Counted from the first letter of the stretch, positions 19,191 to 28,610 are shown. The stretch: 42,300 nucleotides of DNA from Kiritimatiellales bacterium (GCA_041674365.1 JBAYVX010000001.1:1-42300), one strand, 5' to 3'. Numbers and translations are program-made. The notes: generated by a model from the letters alone, not told the origin.

Positions 19191-20648
19191 ATGAACGAGT
19201 TTGGAATTGACCACATCACTTTAGGCGCGGCCAACGCCGCGATGCTGAAAAAGACCGCCGCGATTGACGCGACGGTGGCCGGACATACTTCGCAATTGGC
19301 AGATATTGCGACGAATTATACAAAAGTATCCGATATTGTGTACCCGCTGTACATATGCCACAGAGGCGGAGCGTGCAATATTTATCCAGAAAATACAATG
19401 TCATGCTATAAAATAAATGACGGGTACAGCGACCTGCCGCTAAAATATGACATTAGGAAAACGCTTGATAGTCAGTATGTGATATGTCACGACAGCATAG
19501 TGGACACCACATCAAACGGAACGGGCACAATCGCAAGCAAGACGCTTGAACAGCTGAAACTGCTTGACTTTGGTGCGTGGAAAAACGCCGCATTTACTGG
19601 TGAGAAAGTACCAACAGTCGATGAAGTGATAACTTTTCTGGGGAAAAGAAAAATACACTTCGCTGATGTCAAAGAGGATGCCGCAGCAGTGGCCATCGCT
19701 CAAAAGATAATCAACGCAGGGCTGATTGAGTATGTTGTTCTTTGTGTCCAGTATAGCAGTTTTTCAATCGTTGACACAATCAAAGCGATTGACAGCAGGT
19801 TTCATATCATGGCCAATTACTATGAAGGCAACCCGTTAACAAACGCTATATCTACGGCGGTAGAGAAGGGGATATCGTTTATAAATGTGCCGCGATCCGT
19901 GGCCACAGCTCAATTCGCCGCAGACTGTGCCGCCGTCGGGATAAGACCTGTCGTGTACTATATGCGAAGCCAGTACGAAGCGGCTAAATATGTTGCGCTC
20001 GGCTATGACGGGCTGATGTGTAAAAATCCTGCGTATATAGCCGGAAAATACAATTCCGTCATGACGCGTCCCTGGACGCTTGACTTATCTTCTGGACTGT
20101 TCGGTCAGGAAATGATTTATCTAGAAGATGTCGGAGCGCCGATTACTGTCACGATGGCTGACGGCGCGCTTGAAAGCCTCAATACGACGGGTACACCCAG
20201 AGTCATGGTGGGTTCCCCTGTAATTACGGGCAACTGTAAGCTGCTATTTACCATCACGCCTAAAGCATTTAACGCCGACGCGTCTCGATATATCGGCATA
20301 CAACTAATGACCCAAGATGAAGCTTCATCAGTTTTCGACCCGATGGAAACCGAAAAAAATGGATATATGTTCATGTGGACTCGCGACGGCACCATGCGAA
20401 TACTGAAAGGTCTTTCGGGGCAAACAAGATCGTTCATAGCGGAACAAACAGGAACTGGGGCAATGGAACAAGATGTTGCTGTCAATTTTGAGGTCACGCT
20501 TGGTACAACAACCGTTACATTCAAGCGATTGGATACAGGCACAACGCTCACTGCAAACGATGCAACATTCAGAACCGGTCTGCATTTTGGAATCTATTGG
20601 TCACAAAACCAAAGCGCTGTTAGTGCAATAAGTGTCACAAATTCATAA
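19191..20648 (+). CDS. Glycerophosphodiester phosphodiesterase (GDPD)-domain protein with C-terminal beta-sandwich; likely tail-associated
   Basis: CHRGG...PENT, D.RKTLD..YVICHD, LDFG.W...F.GEKVPT.DE; visibly AT-richer than its flanks. Confidence 0.8.
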   Translation: MNEFGIDHITLGAANAAMLKKTAAIDATVAGHTSQLADIATNYTKVSDIVYPLYICHRGGACNIYPENTMSCYKINDGYSDLPLKYDIRKTLDSQYVICHDSIVDTTSNGTGTIASKTLEQLKLLDFGAWKNAAFTGEKVPTVDEVITFLGKRKIHFADVKEDAAAVAIAQKIINAGLIEYVVLCVQYSSFSIVDTIKAIDSRFHIMANYYEGNPLTNAISTAVEKGISFINVPRSVATAQFAADCAAVGIRPVVYYMRSQYEAAKYVALGYDGLMCKNPAYIAGKYNSVMTRPWTLDLSSGLFGQEMIYLEDVGAPITVTMADGALESLNTTGTPRVMVGSPVITGNCKLLFTITPKAFNADASRYIGIQLMTQDEASSVFDPMETEKNGYMFMWTRDGTMRILKGLSGQTRSFIAEQTGTGAMEQDVAVNFEVTLGTTTVTFKRLDTGTTLTANDATFRTGLHFGIYWSQNQSAVSAISVTNS

Positions 20649-20728
20649 TAAACCGTAGGTTCGCAATAGATGTGAATTGCGTACCTACTTCACCCCACTA
20701 AAGCCCACGAAATACAGGAGGTGCTTCC

Positions 20729-21865
20729 ATGTCCACGATCCTGATTAACATCAACACCAGAGTGCGCGGCGACCACAAGCCAAACCTCTCCTACGAACGA
20801 TTTGACGAGTTCACCTATGGCGGTATCCAGTACGTCGCCATCGCTCCTATGCCCGCCGGTATTAGCCCCATGAACCGCGACTACTGCCGCACGCGGGACG
20901 AAATGCAAGTCGAGGACGATTGGAAGTCCGGCATCGAGGAAGACGTTGCCGATTTGGTGCTGGAAGATGCCGACATCCGCACCGACTTTGCAACCGCTGA
21001 TGGTGTTGTGTCTGCCGCGCTGAATACCAAGATCACCGAAAAGACCGGGTACGGCGTGAAGAGCGGCCTTGTGGTGGCCGCGCAGGATACGCCTGATATG
21101 ACGGTGAAGGTATCCAGTGGCATATCCTACAGCGTAACCGGCGAACGCCATCCGCATGATGCTGTCGCGTCCATCACGATCACGCCCGACCCTACCGCTG
21201 CCCGTGTTGATATCGTATACGATTCTCCCGCTGGCGTGATAACCTATCTGGAATGCGCCCCGGCCACGACCCCGGTCGCCGGAGAGAAAGACTTTACCAT
21301 CGCCACAAACGCGGTGGCTACCGATACGTTGACCATCGGCGGCGTGGAATTTACCGCCGTTGCGTCGGAACCGACCGCTGTCCAGTTTGTGCCCGGCGTG
21401 GATGCTGCGGCGACGGCTGCGGTGCTGGCCCCGATTCTGGCCGCCAATGCGACCATTGCCGCGCTGTATGATGTGGCTGTGGTTGGCGCGGTTATCACTC
21501 TGGCCGAGAAAGCTGCTGGCATGGGCAGCACGCCCGCCGATGCGTCGTTTACTGGTACGCTTGTGGTGACGAATGGGGCGGCTACAACCAGCGCCGCTGC
21601 TACCTATCCAGCTGCGGCTACGCTGCCCTCTGGCGGCTTCCTGCTGGCTCACGTCGCGGTTGCAGCAGATGCCACGACGATTGGAAGCGCGAACATCACC
21701 GATAAGCGGGTTATGCTGGACGCGATTCGCACGGCTGCCACGGCTCCGACCGCAACGCCGACCAAAGTCGGTGAAACGGTTGTGGTTGATGATGGCACTG
21801 TGTACTTTTCGGTCGGCACATCCAGCGCCGCCGACTGGAAGCAAATTACGTTCGTTGCTGAATAA
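20729..21865 (+). CDS. Ala/Thr/Val-rich virion structural protein (fibre/decoration-like)
   Basis: AGGAGG RBS; beta-rich composition; C-terminal APTATPTKVGE...YFSVGT...DWKQI motif resembling phage fibre tips. Confidence 0.55.
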   Translation: MSTILININTRVRGDHKPNLSYERFDEFTYGGIQYVAIAPMPAGISPMNRDYCRTRDEMQVEDDWKSGIEEDVADLVLEDADIRTDFATADGVVSAALNTKITEKTGYGVKSGLVVAAQDTPDMTVKVSSGISYSVTGERHPHDAVASITITPDPTAARVDIVYDSPAGVITYLECAPATTPVAGEKDFTIATNAVATDTLTIGGVEFTAVASEPTAVQFVPGVDAAATAAVLAPILAANATIAALYDVAVVGAVITLAEKAAGMGSTPADASFTGTLVVTNGAATTSAAATYPAAATLPSGGFLLAHVAVAADATTIGSANITDKRVMLDAIRTAATAPTATPTKVGETVVVDDGTVYFSVGTSSAADWKQITFVAE

Positions 21866-21877
21866 CGGAGGGATTAC

Positions 21878-22783
21878 ATGGCTACCAAAATCAAAGCGGC
21901 GGGGTTGGTCGACTGGCTGGCTCCGCACGCTGATTCCAACGCTCCCGAAGGACAATGGGGCTATATCATGGGCGGGAAAGGGCAGTCTCCCAAAACTCTG
22001 TCGAGCTGGTATTTCAACCAATACCAAGGCAAGGCCGCAGAATACGCCAAGGCGTTGTATTGGCGCGAACACGCCGAACGGGTGCTTGACTGCAACGGCG
22101 CGGCTGAGGGTTATTATGAGCTGATTACCGGCGTTGACATCAACACCAAAGCGCGGTCAAACTTTGCTATCTGGTGCGCTGGGAACAACGGCAGGAGCAT
22201 GGCGAAGTTGCCCAAGGTCAAGGGCGCGGCGGTGTTCGTCGACAGCGCAAGCGCGGGATATATCACACATGTAGGTTTCTTGGAGAAGCCGGTCAAGGAC
22301 AGCGCGCCCAACGGTGATTGGTGGGTGCTGGAAGCGCGCGGCGTGCTGTATGGGCTTGTGCGCACAAAGCTATCCGCTCGTCCGTGGAATTGCTGGGGGT
22401 TGATGACTAAATACTTTAATTATGAAGCATACGCCGCGCCAGTATACAAGCTGGGTCAACGATTACTCGAACTTAACATGACCGGCGACGATGTGGAAGA
22501 ACTTCAAACCGCCCTGATCTCGCTGGGGTTCTCCTGCGGATCATGGGGCGCGGACAGCGATTTCGGCCCCGCAACAGATGCGGCCATGCGCGCGTTTCAA
22601 TCGGCGCACAAGCTGGTTGTTGATGGGCAATACGGCCCGAAGTCACACGCTGCGCTTGTGGTCGCCGTAGAGGCTCAGGAAGCCCATCCCGCCCTAACCT
22701 ATACGTATACACTAACCACGCCCGACAAAGCCCTTCTTGACGCTCTCAAGGCCGCACACGGCGGCACAATCATATCCAACTAA
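21878..22783 (+). CDS. Endolysin: NlpC/P60-CHAP-like catalytic domain plus PG_binding_1 domain
   Basis: WGYIMG...LDCNG (Cys)...ITHVG (His)...VLEARG; C-terminal GDDVEELQTALISLGF...DFGPAT..A..AFQ....L.VDG.YGPKS. Confidence 0.85.
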   Translation: MATKIKAAGLVDWLAPHADSNAPEGQWGYIMGGKGQSPKTLSSWYFNQYQGKAAEYAKALYWREHAERVLDCNGAAEGYYELITGVDINTKARSNFAIWCAGNNGRSMAKLPKVKGAAVFVDSASAGYITHVGFLEKPVKDSAPNGDWWVLEARGVLYGLVRTKLSARPWNCWGLMTKYFNYEAYAAPVYKLGQRLLELNMTGDDVEELQTALISLGFSCGSWGADSDFGPATDAAMRAFQSAHKLVVDGQYGPKSHAALVVAVEAQEAHPALTYTYTLTTPDKALLDALKAAHGGTIISN

Positions 22784-22811
22784 ACGCGCTTCATATCTTA
22801 TCCGACATAAA

Positions 22812-22843
22812 CCGGCACGGCATTCGCTGTGTCGGCATTTTTA
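22812..22843 (+). terminator. Probable terminator at the end of the late operon
   Basis: CCGGCACGGC-ATTC-GCTGTGTCGG (with G-U pairs) followed by CATTTTT. Confidence 0.55.
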
Positions 22844-22878
22844 TCTGGAAAATATTTGAAGTGATAGCAAAATATTGG

Positions 22879-22907
22879 TTGACATGTGGTAAATTATGGT
22901 ATATAAT
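22879..22907 (+). promoter_or_regulatory. Consensus sigma-A promoter
   Basis: TTGACA, 17 bp spacer, TATAAT. Confidence 0.85.
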
Positions 22908-22947
22908 ACGCACATGGAGCACGAACAAAGGCGAAAGGGTGGTGAAG

Positions 22948-23634
22948 ATGCTAAAGACTTTCAAGTTAACGATGAAGAATGGCAGCGTTGCGTTCATCGA
23001 GGCCAAGACGTTGGAGGTGGCAACGCTGGCATTCCAAATGTACAACGGGCAGCGGGTGGTTGATTGCAGGGAATGCCGAATGAAGGTTGCGGTGTTGTGT
23101 GAGTTTTCTGGTATAGTACGCGACGCATTCACGGCATGCGGCCATGATGCCACTTCGTATGACCTGCTGGAAAGCGAAGCGCCGGGCCAACACATTCAGG
23201 GCGACGTCGTGGCGCTGGGCGCGGATCACTTTGCACAATACGATTTGTTAATCTGTCACCCGCCATGCACGCATCTTGCGGTGTCTGGCGCACGCTGGTT
23301 CAATAACAAGCAGCAGGAACAAGCCGATGCATTGGATTTTGTGCGATGGTTGATGGCGCTTCCGTGTGACAAAATCGCTATCGAGAATCCGGTATCCATC
23401 ATATCCAGTCAGATTCGCAAGCCAGACCAGATCATTCAGCCGTGGCAGTTTGGACACGGAGAAACCAAAGCGACATGCTTATGGTTGAAGGGACTTCCAG
23501 CGTTAACACCAACGAATATTGTTGACGGCCGATCTGACCGCATACACCAGATGCCGCCAAGCCCGAACAGGTGGCGCGAACGTAGCCGGACATACTCAGG
23601 AATCGCGGACGCAATGGCGCGGCAATGGGGGTAA
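22948..23634 (+). CDS. Phage DNA cytosine methyltransferase-like protein (alternative start 23080)
   Basis: VLCEFSG (SAM-binding motif I-like), HPPC (catalytic PC), IENP (ENV-like), QFGH..K.TCLWLK, RS.TY.GIA.AMA.QWG. Confidence 0.75.
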   Translation: MLKTFKLTMKNGSVAFIEAKTLEVATLAFQMYNGQRVVDCRECRMKVAVLCEFSGIVRDAFTACGHDATSYDLLESEAPGQHIQGDVVALGADHFAQYDLLICHPPCTHLAVSGARWFNNKQQEQADALDFVRWLMALPCDKIAIENPVSIISSQIRKPDQIIQPWQFGHGETKATCLWLKGLPALTPTNIVDGRSDRIHQMPPSPNRWRERSRTYSGIADAMARQWG

Positions 23635-23682
23635 GGTGGTCGCTGATGTAGCACAAGCTGAGGAAGAAGGTGCCCAGGACAA

Positions 23683-24339
23683 GTGATAACAGTCATCGTT
23701 ACCAAACAAGAGGCGTGGGAGGTTGCGGAGTTTGCTAACACTGAGAACCACACGCTTGCGCGGAACCTGACACGCGAAGCCCGTCGTGTAATTGATGCTC
23801 TATCGCAAAGCGATCGAACCCGGATTGAGTTTTCAAGGGTAGATTCCAAATATTACGCGACGCTGTATGCACGTCACGACAGCCGGGATATTCGAATCAT
23901 GGATGTTAGACCGCGGGTAGCGCGGCATTGGGCGGAGGACAAAGGGATTTTCCCGAAAGGCGCGCCTTGCCAGGTCCATAACGCCGCGTGGAAGCCAGCA
24001 GACGACCAGAAATTGATTGACATGATTCATTCTGGGCTGCGATGGCCGGAGATCGCGCCGAAGTTTACAGAACGAAGCGAGAACAGCTTGCATGACCGGG
24101 CAATGGTCTTGAAGAAGCAGGGGCGTTTGAAATGGTATCCCAAAAATTCGCGCGGAATGAACGCGCCGCAAGTTGTCCACAAGATGTGCGGCAACTGCAA
24201 ATCGTTTAAGGTAGACACGAAGCGCACGCAGACAGACCGATTCTTGTGCAAGGTTTTGATGGGCACATGTTCTACGACCGGGGAGCGGCGCGACCGCTGC
24301 GACTGGTGCAATGCGAAAAATAGGAGGGGTCAAACGTGA
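23683..24339 (+). CDS. Hypothetical protein with Myb/SANT-like HTH and C-terminal Cys cluster
   Basis: WKPADDQKL...GLRWPEIA..F..RSENSL..R; CGNC...C...C..C. Confidence 0.5.
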   Translation: MITVIVTKQEAWEVAEFANTENHTLARNLTREARRVIDALSQSDRTRIEFSRVDSKYYATLYARHDSRDIRIMDVRPRVARHWAEDKGIFPKGAPCQVHNAAWKPADDQKLIDMIHSGLRWPEIAPKFTERSENSLHDRAMVLKKQGRLKWYPKNSRGMNAPQVVHKMCGNCKSFKVDTKRTQTDRFLCKVLMGTCSTTGERRDRCDWCNAKNRRGQT

Positions 24340-24590
24340 ATTTAGTGCTTTACAAGTTTTCCGAGCGCAAACCCGAACGCGCGGGCATGTATCTGTGTGG
24401 CGTCATTCATGGCGAAGGACCCGACGCGCGCGTTACGTGGTATGACCTGCCGTACTCGCTTAAGTATCAAGTATTCAATGCTTACGATTCGCTTGATGAA
24501 GCTCTTGTAGCTAAAAATCATATCGACGTTGCCTGCTGGTGTGAAACGCCTCGGATGATTTCTGACATAATCGTGGCCGACGCACAATGA
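24336..24590 (+). CDS. Hypothetical protein
   Basis: AGGAGG RBS, GTGA overlap, ERKPE..G.YLC motif. Confidence 0.55.
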   Translation: MNLVLYKFSERKPERAGMYLCGVIHGEGPDARVTWYDLPYSLKYQVFNAYDSLDEALVAKNHIDVACWCETPRMISDIIVADAQ

Positions 24591-24691
24591 CCCGCCCGTA
24601 CTGCCGCCGCCCGCCGCTGATTGACTGGTGGATTGTTGCCAAGGTACTGATCGTGGCCGCCGTGATGGTGGCGGTCGGACGAATGAATTAG
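24587..24691 (+). CDS. Small single-TM protein (34 aa)
   Basis: ATGA overlap; MTRPYCRRPPLIDWWIVAKVLIVAAVMVAVGRMN; fills the gap between neighbours. Confidence 0.45.
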   Translation: MTRPYCRRPPLIDWWIVAKVLIVAAVMVAVGRMN

Positions 24692-24701
24692 GAGGGTACA
24701 A

Positions 24702-25109
24702 ATGGACAAGACAAACCGAGTGATACCGATCACCGCGCATGGCATTGAGGTGATGGACGCCAACTACGTTGCTACGATCCTGTGGGAACAGGAACAGGAA
24801 ATCGAGCGGTTGACCGCCGAGGTTAAGCGGCTGGATGGCAAGGCAGAGAAGCCGGGGAATCGCGTGTTGACGCCGAGCGAGGTGCGAGCGTCGGCAAAAG
24901 GGTGTGAGCGTTTTATAGAGTGGCGCTTTAAGCCTGAGTTTAATGGGTTTTATGTTTATGATTTGGTGTTTCAAGGCCAAGGGGCAGCGCGTGGGTTGAT
25001 TTGTGATTTTGCGTGCGTTGATCGGGGCGTTGCGCGCGTCTGGTCAAACAGAAAGCCCACCGCCGAAGAATCTGCCGCCGTGCCGTGGAAGGAGTGCGCC
25101 GATGCATGA
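24702..25109 (+). CDS. Hypothetical protein
   Basis: GGAGG RBS; ends in R.W...PT.EE..AVPW, a tail common in small phage proteins. Confidence 0.6.
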   Translation: MDKTNRVIPITAHGIEVMDANYVATILWEQEQEIERLTAEVKRLDGKAEKPGNRVLTPSEVRASAKGCERFIEWRFKPEFNGFYVYDLVFQGQGAARGLICDFACVDRGVARVWSNRKPTAEESAAVPWKECADA

Positions 25110-25461
25110 CATAAACACGATGATTGACGACATGGTACAAAGCGGTAAAACCGTGCAGGGCATTGCCGATGCAGTACGCGCCGAATCCATGACGACAATG
25201 GAACTCGAAGCCGTACACGCAGAGCGGCGCAGGCAGGACGCCAAGTGGGGCGCAAACAGCATGGACGGGAAACCGCTTTACGAGTGGTGCGCAATCGCTG
25301 GCGAGGAATACGGGGAGTGGTGCCAAGCTATCAATGAGCCGCTCGATTCGCCGCGCGGTGGGTATGAGAACATGCGCAATGAAGCCATTCAGGTTGCTGC
25401 CGTGATGGTGCGATTTCTCGAATGTCTTGACCGACAGGTGATAAAGGAGAATCACAAATGA
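25102..25461 (+). CDS. MazG-like nucleotide pyrophosphohydrolase family protein
   Basis: V.AERRRQDAKWG...EEYGE...EAIQVAAV. Confidence 0.65.
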   Translation: MHDINTMIDDMVQSGKTVQGIADAVRAESMTTMELEAVHAERRRQDAKWGANSMDGKPLYEWCAIAGEEYGEWCQAINEPLDSPRGGYENMRNEAIQVAAVMVRFLECLDRQVIKENHK

Positions 25462-25628
25462 AGCGATTGAATCGGTTTGTGTGCCGGTTATTTGGCTGCT
25501 CGTTCCAACTCGACCGTAACCATCGGACAAAGTGTGGGTGGACGTATTACGGTCATTGCCGCAGGTGTGGCAGGTTTATGGAGCGCAACTTCGACCACAT
25601 CAAGGCGGCGAAGGAGGCTTGCAAATGA
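25458..25628 (+). CDS. Small Cys-rich protein (DUF1660-like)
   Basis: AAGGAG RBS, ATGA overlaps at both ends; CRLFGC...HCRRCG. Confidence 0.5.
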   Translation: MKRLNRFVCRLFGCSFQLDRNHRTKCGWTYYGHCRRCGRFMERNFDHIKAAKEACK

Positions 25629-25840
25629 AAGTTGAGTTGTGCGTCAGCCGAATCCAGAACTCCAATCGTTACCAGCATGTGATGCTTGTTTGCCAATACT
25701 GCGGGGCACAGGGCAGCATCTACGAAGGGCGCGGGGTTACTCGCTCCCAGGCCAAACATGACGCATACGAAACGAAGTGCAGCCGGTGCCACGAAAGCAC
25801 GGCGGCGCGAGAAGAACGGAAGCGGAGGAACAGCGCATGA
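25625..25840 (+). CDS. Hypothetical Zn-finger-like protein
   Basis: GGAGG RBS; CQYCG...CSRCH. Confidence 0.5.
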   Translation: MKVELCVSRIQNSNRYQHVMLVCQYCGAQGSIYEGRGVTRSQAKHDAYETKCSRCHESTAAREERKRRNSA

Positions 25841-26055
25841 AGGAACCTAACACACCCGATCCCAAGCCCACGCCGGTCAAGCGCGATCACAGCGCATTTG
25901 TGGCGCAGTACAGCGCGGCGGTTAAGAAGCGCAAGACCGCCCGGAACAAGCGCATTAAGGTTGACGCAGATCAATGCCAGCGCGACGCGCACTATCGGTT
26001 GTCAGGGTTTGGACAGTCCGGCACACAGAGGAAAGTGAGGGGTAAGGCGGTATGA
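25837..26055 (+). CDS. Hypothetical basic protein
   Basis: GGAGG RBS and ATGA overlap. Confidence 0.5.
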   Translation: MKEPNTPDPKPTPVKRDHSAFVAQYSAAVKKRKTARNKRIKVDADQCQRDAHYRLSGFGQSGTQRKVRGKAV

Positions 26056-26309
26056 GCGATCTGAACGAAAGGGTTTCCATTCTGGAAGATGTACGGGATG
26101 GCGTTTCCGTGGCGCTGGACGAGGTAAACAAAGCGCCATCGGATGTGAAGGAGCTGGACATTCTTGCCTATGCCGATGTGATCGCCGGATTGGTGGCCGC
26201 GAAATCCACTCTCGAACGGCTGTGCAAGATGGCGCAGTATGACGCGAATCAGGCGAACAGGGCAGAGGACGAGCGGGAAAGGCGCGGGTTTGAGAGGGAG
26301 GCGCTATAA
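26052..26309 (+). CDS. Hypothetical protein
   Basis: Overlap-coupled ORF directly before yqaJ. Confidence 0.55.
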   Translation: MSDLNERVSILEDVRDGVSVALDEVNKAPSDVKELDILAYADVIAGLVAAKSTLERLCKMAQYDANQANRAEDERERRGFEREAL

Positions 26310-27256
26310 TGCAAGCAATAACCGCGTTTGATACGCGCGACAAGACCCGCGAGGAATGGTTGGCGGCGCGTCGGAGGGGGATTGGCGGTTCGGATGCCGC
26401 CGCGATCATGGGCGTAAACTCCTACGAATCTCCGCTGGCGGTATACATGGACAAGCTGGGACTTGCGCCGGAGAAAGACGAAACAGAAGCCATGCGACAA
26501 GGCCGCGATCTTGAACAGTATGTTGCGGATCGGTTTGTGGAATCTACCGGAAAGAAAGTACGCCGCTGCAATCGAATTCTGAAACACCCGGAGTACGAAT
26601 GGATGCTGGGCAACATCGACCGCGATATTGTGGGAGAGAACGCAGGGCTAGAGTGCAAGACAACCAGCGTTTTGAACAAGACCGCGTTCGATCAAGGCGA
26701 CATACCGGCTACGTACTACTGGCAATGTACGCACTACATGGCCGTGACCGGCGCGTCTAAGTGGTATTTGGCGGTGCTGGTGCTGAACAAGGCGCTGCAT
26801 ATCTTCGAGATCGAGCGCGACGAAAACGCAATCATGACGCTGGTGGCCGCAGAGGAGTCGTTCTGGCGCGATTATGTGCTGGCGCAGGTGCCGCCAATGC
26901 CATCCGGGTTGGAGTGCGATGACGCGCTGGTGGATTTGATACCGGGCGACAAGCTGCCGGGGGATGTGGTGGACTTGTCAGAGCACGACGCGCGGATCAC
27001 ATCGCTAAAGGCCGTAGAAGCCGATATGAGCGCATTAAAGAAACAGGCTGACGCTATGAAGCAGACGCTTGCCATGACGCTGGGAGCCGCCACAGAAGGC
27101 CGCACGACGCACTACAGGGTTACGTACAGGCCGCAAGTGCGTAGGAACATTGACGCCGACCGTCTGCGCGATGAATTACCAAACATCGCCGCAGAATACG
27201 CAAAGGAAATCAAAAGCAGACCCATGAGAATAACGGAGGTTAAGAGCAATGGCTGA
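26309..27256 (+). CDS. yqaJ: YqaJ-like (lambda exonuclease family) recombination exonuclease
   Basis: EWLAARRRGIGGSDAAAI, G..LE, NIDR, GLECKT, YYWQC.HYM.VTG. Confidence 0.92.
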   Translation: MQAITAFDTRDKTREEWLAARRRGIGGSDAAAIMGVNSYESPLAVYMDKLGLAPEKDETEAMRQGRDLEQYVADRFVESTGKKVRRCNRILKHPEYEWMLGNIDRDIVGENAGLECKTTSVLNKTAFDQGDIPATYYWQCTHYMAVTGASKWYLAVLVLNKALHIFEIERDENAIMTLVAAEESFWRDYVLAQVPPMPSGLECDDALVDLIPGDKLPGDVVDLSEHDARITSLKAVEADMSALKKQADAMKQTLAMTLGAATEGRTTHYRVTYRPQVRRNIDADRLRDELPNIAAEYAKEIKSRPMRITEVKSNG

Positions 27257-28181
27257 ATTACAGAAGCCAAGGAACACCCGCCAGATGGCGACGCAGGCAA
27301 CGAGCGCGCCTGCCACGCAGGAAGCGCCTAAGCAGACCATGACCACGCTTATGAACGCCATGTTGGATGGCGAGGGATACCGCCGCCGCTTCGATGACCT
27401 GTTAGGCAAGCGCACACCGCAGTTTGTAAGCAGCATTATCAGCATCGTGAACGCTTCACCGGAACTGCAACGGGCGTTCCGTGAATCTCCAATCACGCTG
27501 ATTCAAGCGGCGCTTACCGCTGCAACGTTTGATCTTCCCATTACTCCGTCGCTTGGATATGCCTACATCGTGCCGTTTAACAACAGCAAGAAGCTGCCGA
27601 ACGGCACATGGGAGAAGCGCGCGGAAGCGACGTTCATATTGGGATACAAGGGCATGAACCAGCTGGCTTTGCGCACCGGGGCATACAAGACGATCAACGT
27701 CGTGGAGATACGGGAAGGTGAGCTGAAAAGCTACAACCGATTGACAGAAGAAATCCAGATTGATTTTATCGAGGATGAGGACGAGCGCGCCACGCACCCG
27801 ATCATTGGCTGGGCTGGATATTTCAAGCTGATTAACGGCACCGAAAAGACCATCTACATGAGCCGCAAGCAAATCACGGCACATGAGTTGAAGAACCGGA
27901 AACCGAACGCGCAGATGGGCAAGGGCTGGCGGGAGAACTTCGATGAAATGGCGATGAAAACCGTGTTCCGGCGCTTGATCGGCAGGTACGGGCTTATGTC
28001 CATTGACTACCAGAAAGCCGACGCATCCACCATCGCCGCCGCTGAAGCGCTGGCGACCGCCGACCATGACGATATTCCGGTTGAGCCTGATTCCATCGAC
28101 TACGACACGGAAACCGGAGAGGTGACAAGCGCAGGCGGCCCGCCTCCAGAAGTGGCGGGAATCAAACCCCCGTTCGAGTAA
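27249..28181 (+). CDS. recT: RecT single-strand annealing recombinase
   Basis: LPI.PSLGYAYIVPF, F.LGYKG..QLALRTG.Y, W..NFDEMA.KTV.RRL; adjacent to YqaJ. Confidence 0.93.
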   Translation: MAELQKPRNTRQMATQATSAPATQEAPKQTMTTLMNAMLDGEGYRRRFDDLLGKRTPQFVSSIISIVNASPELQRAFRESPITLIQAALTAATFDLPITPSLGYAYIVPFNNSKKLPNGTWEKRAEATFILGYKGMNQLALRTGAYKTINVVEIREGELKSYNRLTEEIQIDFIEDEDERATHPIIGWAGYFKLINGTEKTIYMSRKQITAHELKNRKPNAQMGKGWRENFDEMAMKTVFRRLIGRYGLMSIDYQKADASTIAAAEALATADHDDIPVEPDSIDYDTETGEVTSAGGPPPEVAGIKPPFE

Positions 28182-28334
28182 ACTACGCGGCTGTGCCCGG
28201 CACAAGGCTCATGCACAACTCCTTTGCATGGCCGGGGCGCTCGTTCAATGGATCGGACGCAAAGCGCCCCCTGCCGCTTTCGACAAAGCGGTACGTCAGA
28301 TCGACAACGAACATATACGAAAGTGGTGTTGCAT

Positions 28335-28610
28335 ATGAAAAACAAAACGGGCGCTGGGATCGTGCGCAAGGTAGATCACATGGGGCGCGTGGTGATCCCT
28401 TCGGAAATGCGCAAGGCGCTTGGGATCAGCAACGGTGACGCGGTGACATTCAGCTTGCGCGACGATGGCGTGGTGATCGCCCGGCACAATGAATGCGGCG
28501 CGGTGGACGAATACTTGAAGCGAATCGCGCTTAACCACCCGGAGTTGACGGTTATTGGTGAGCGTGTGCTCGAATCCCACCTTGCGGCAATCCAGAAACT
28601 ATTTCGATAA
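28335..28610 (+). CDS. AbrB-family transcriptional regulator
   Basis: GIVRKVDHMGRVVIPSEMRKALGI..GD. Confidence 0.88.
   Translation: MKNKTGAGIVRKVDHMGRVVIPSEMRKALGISNGDAVTFSLRDDGVVIARHNECGAVDEYLKRIALNHPELTVIGERVLESHLAAIQKLFR

Noticed and set aside
20690-22072. 460-aa minus-strand ORF (also 13332-14159, 6353-7264 and similar)
   Set aside because: Antisense shadows of well-supported plus-strand genes in GC-rich DNA; no motifs or RBS.
266-22783. Stop-codon reassignment or a diversity-generating retroelement
   Set aside because: Genes are intact in the standard code with TAG, TAA and TGA used as stops; no reverse transcriptase or TR/VR pair was seen.
28190-28270. Twister-sister ribozyme (GCUCAU / GCAUGGCC resemblance)
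   Set aside because: The conserved UGCAAG loop and the internal-loop geometry are missing.
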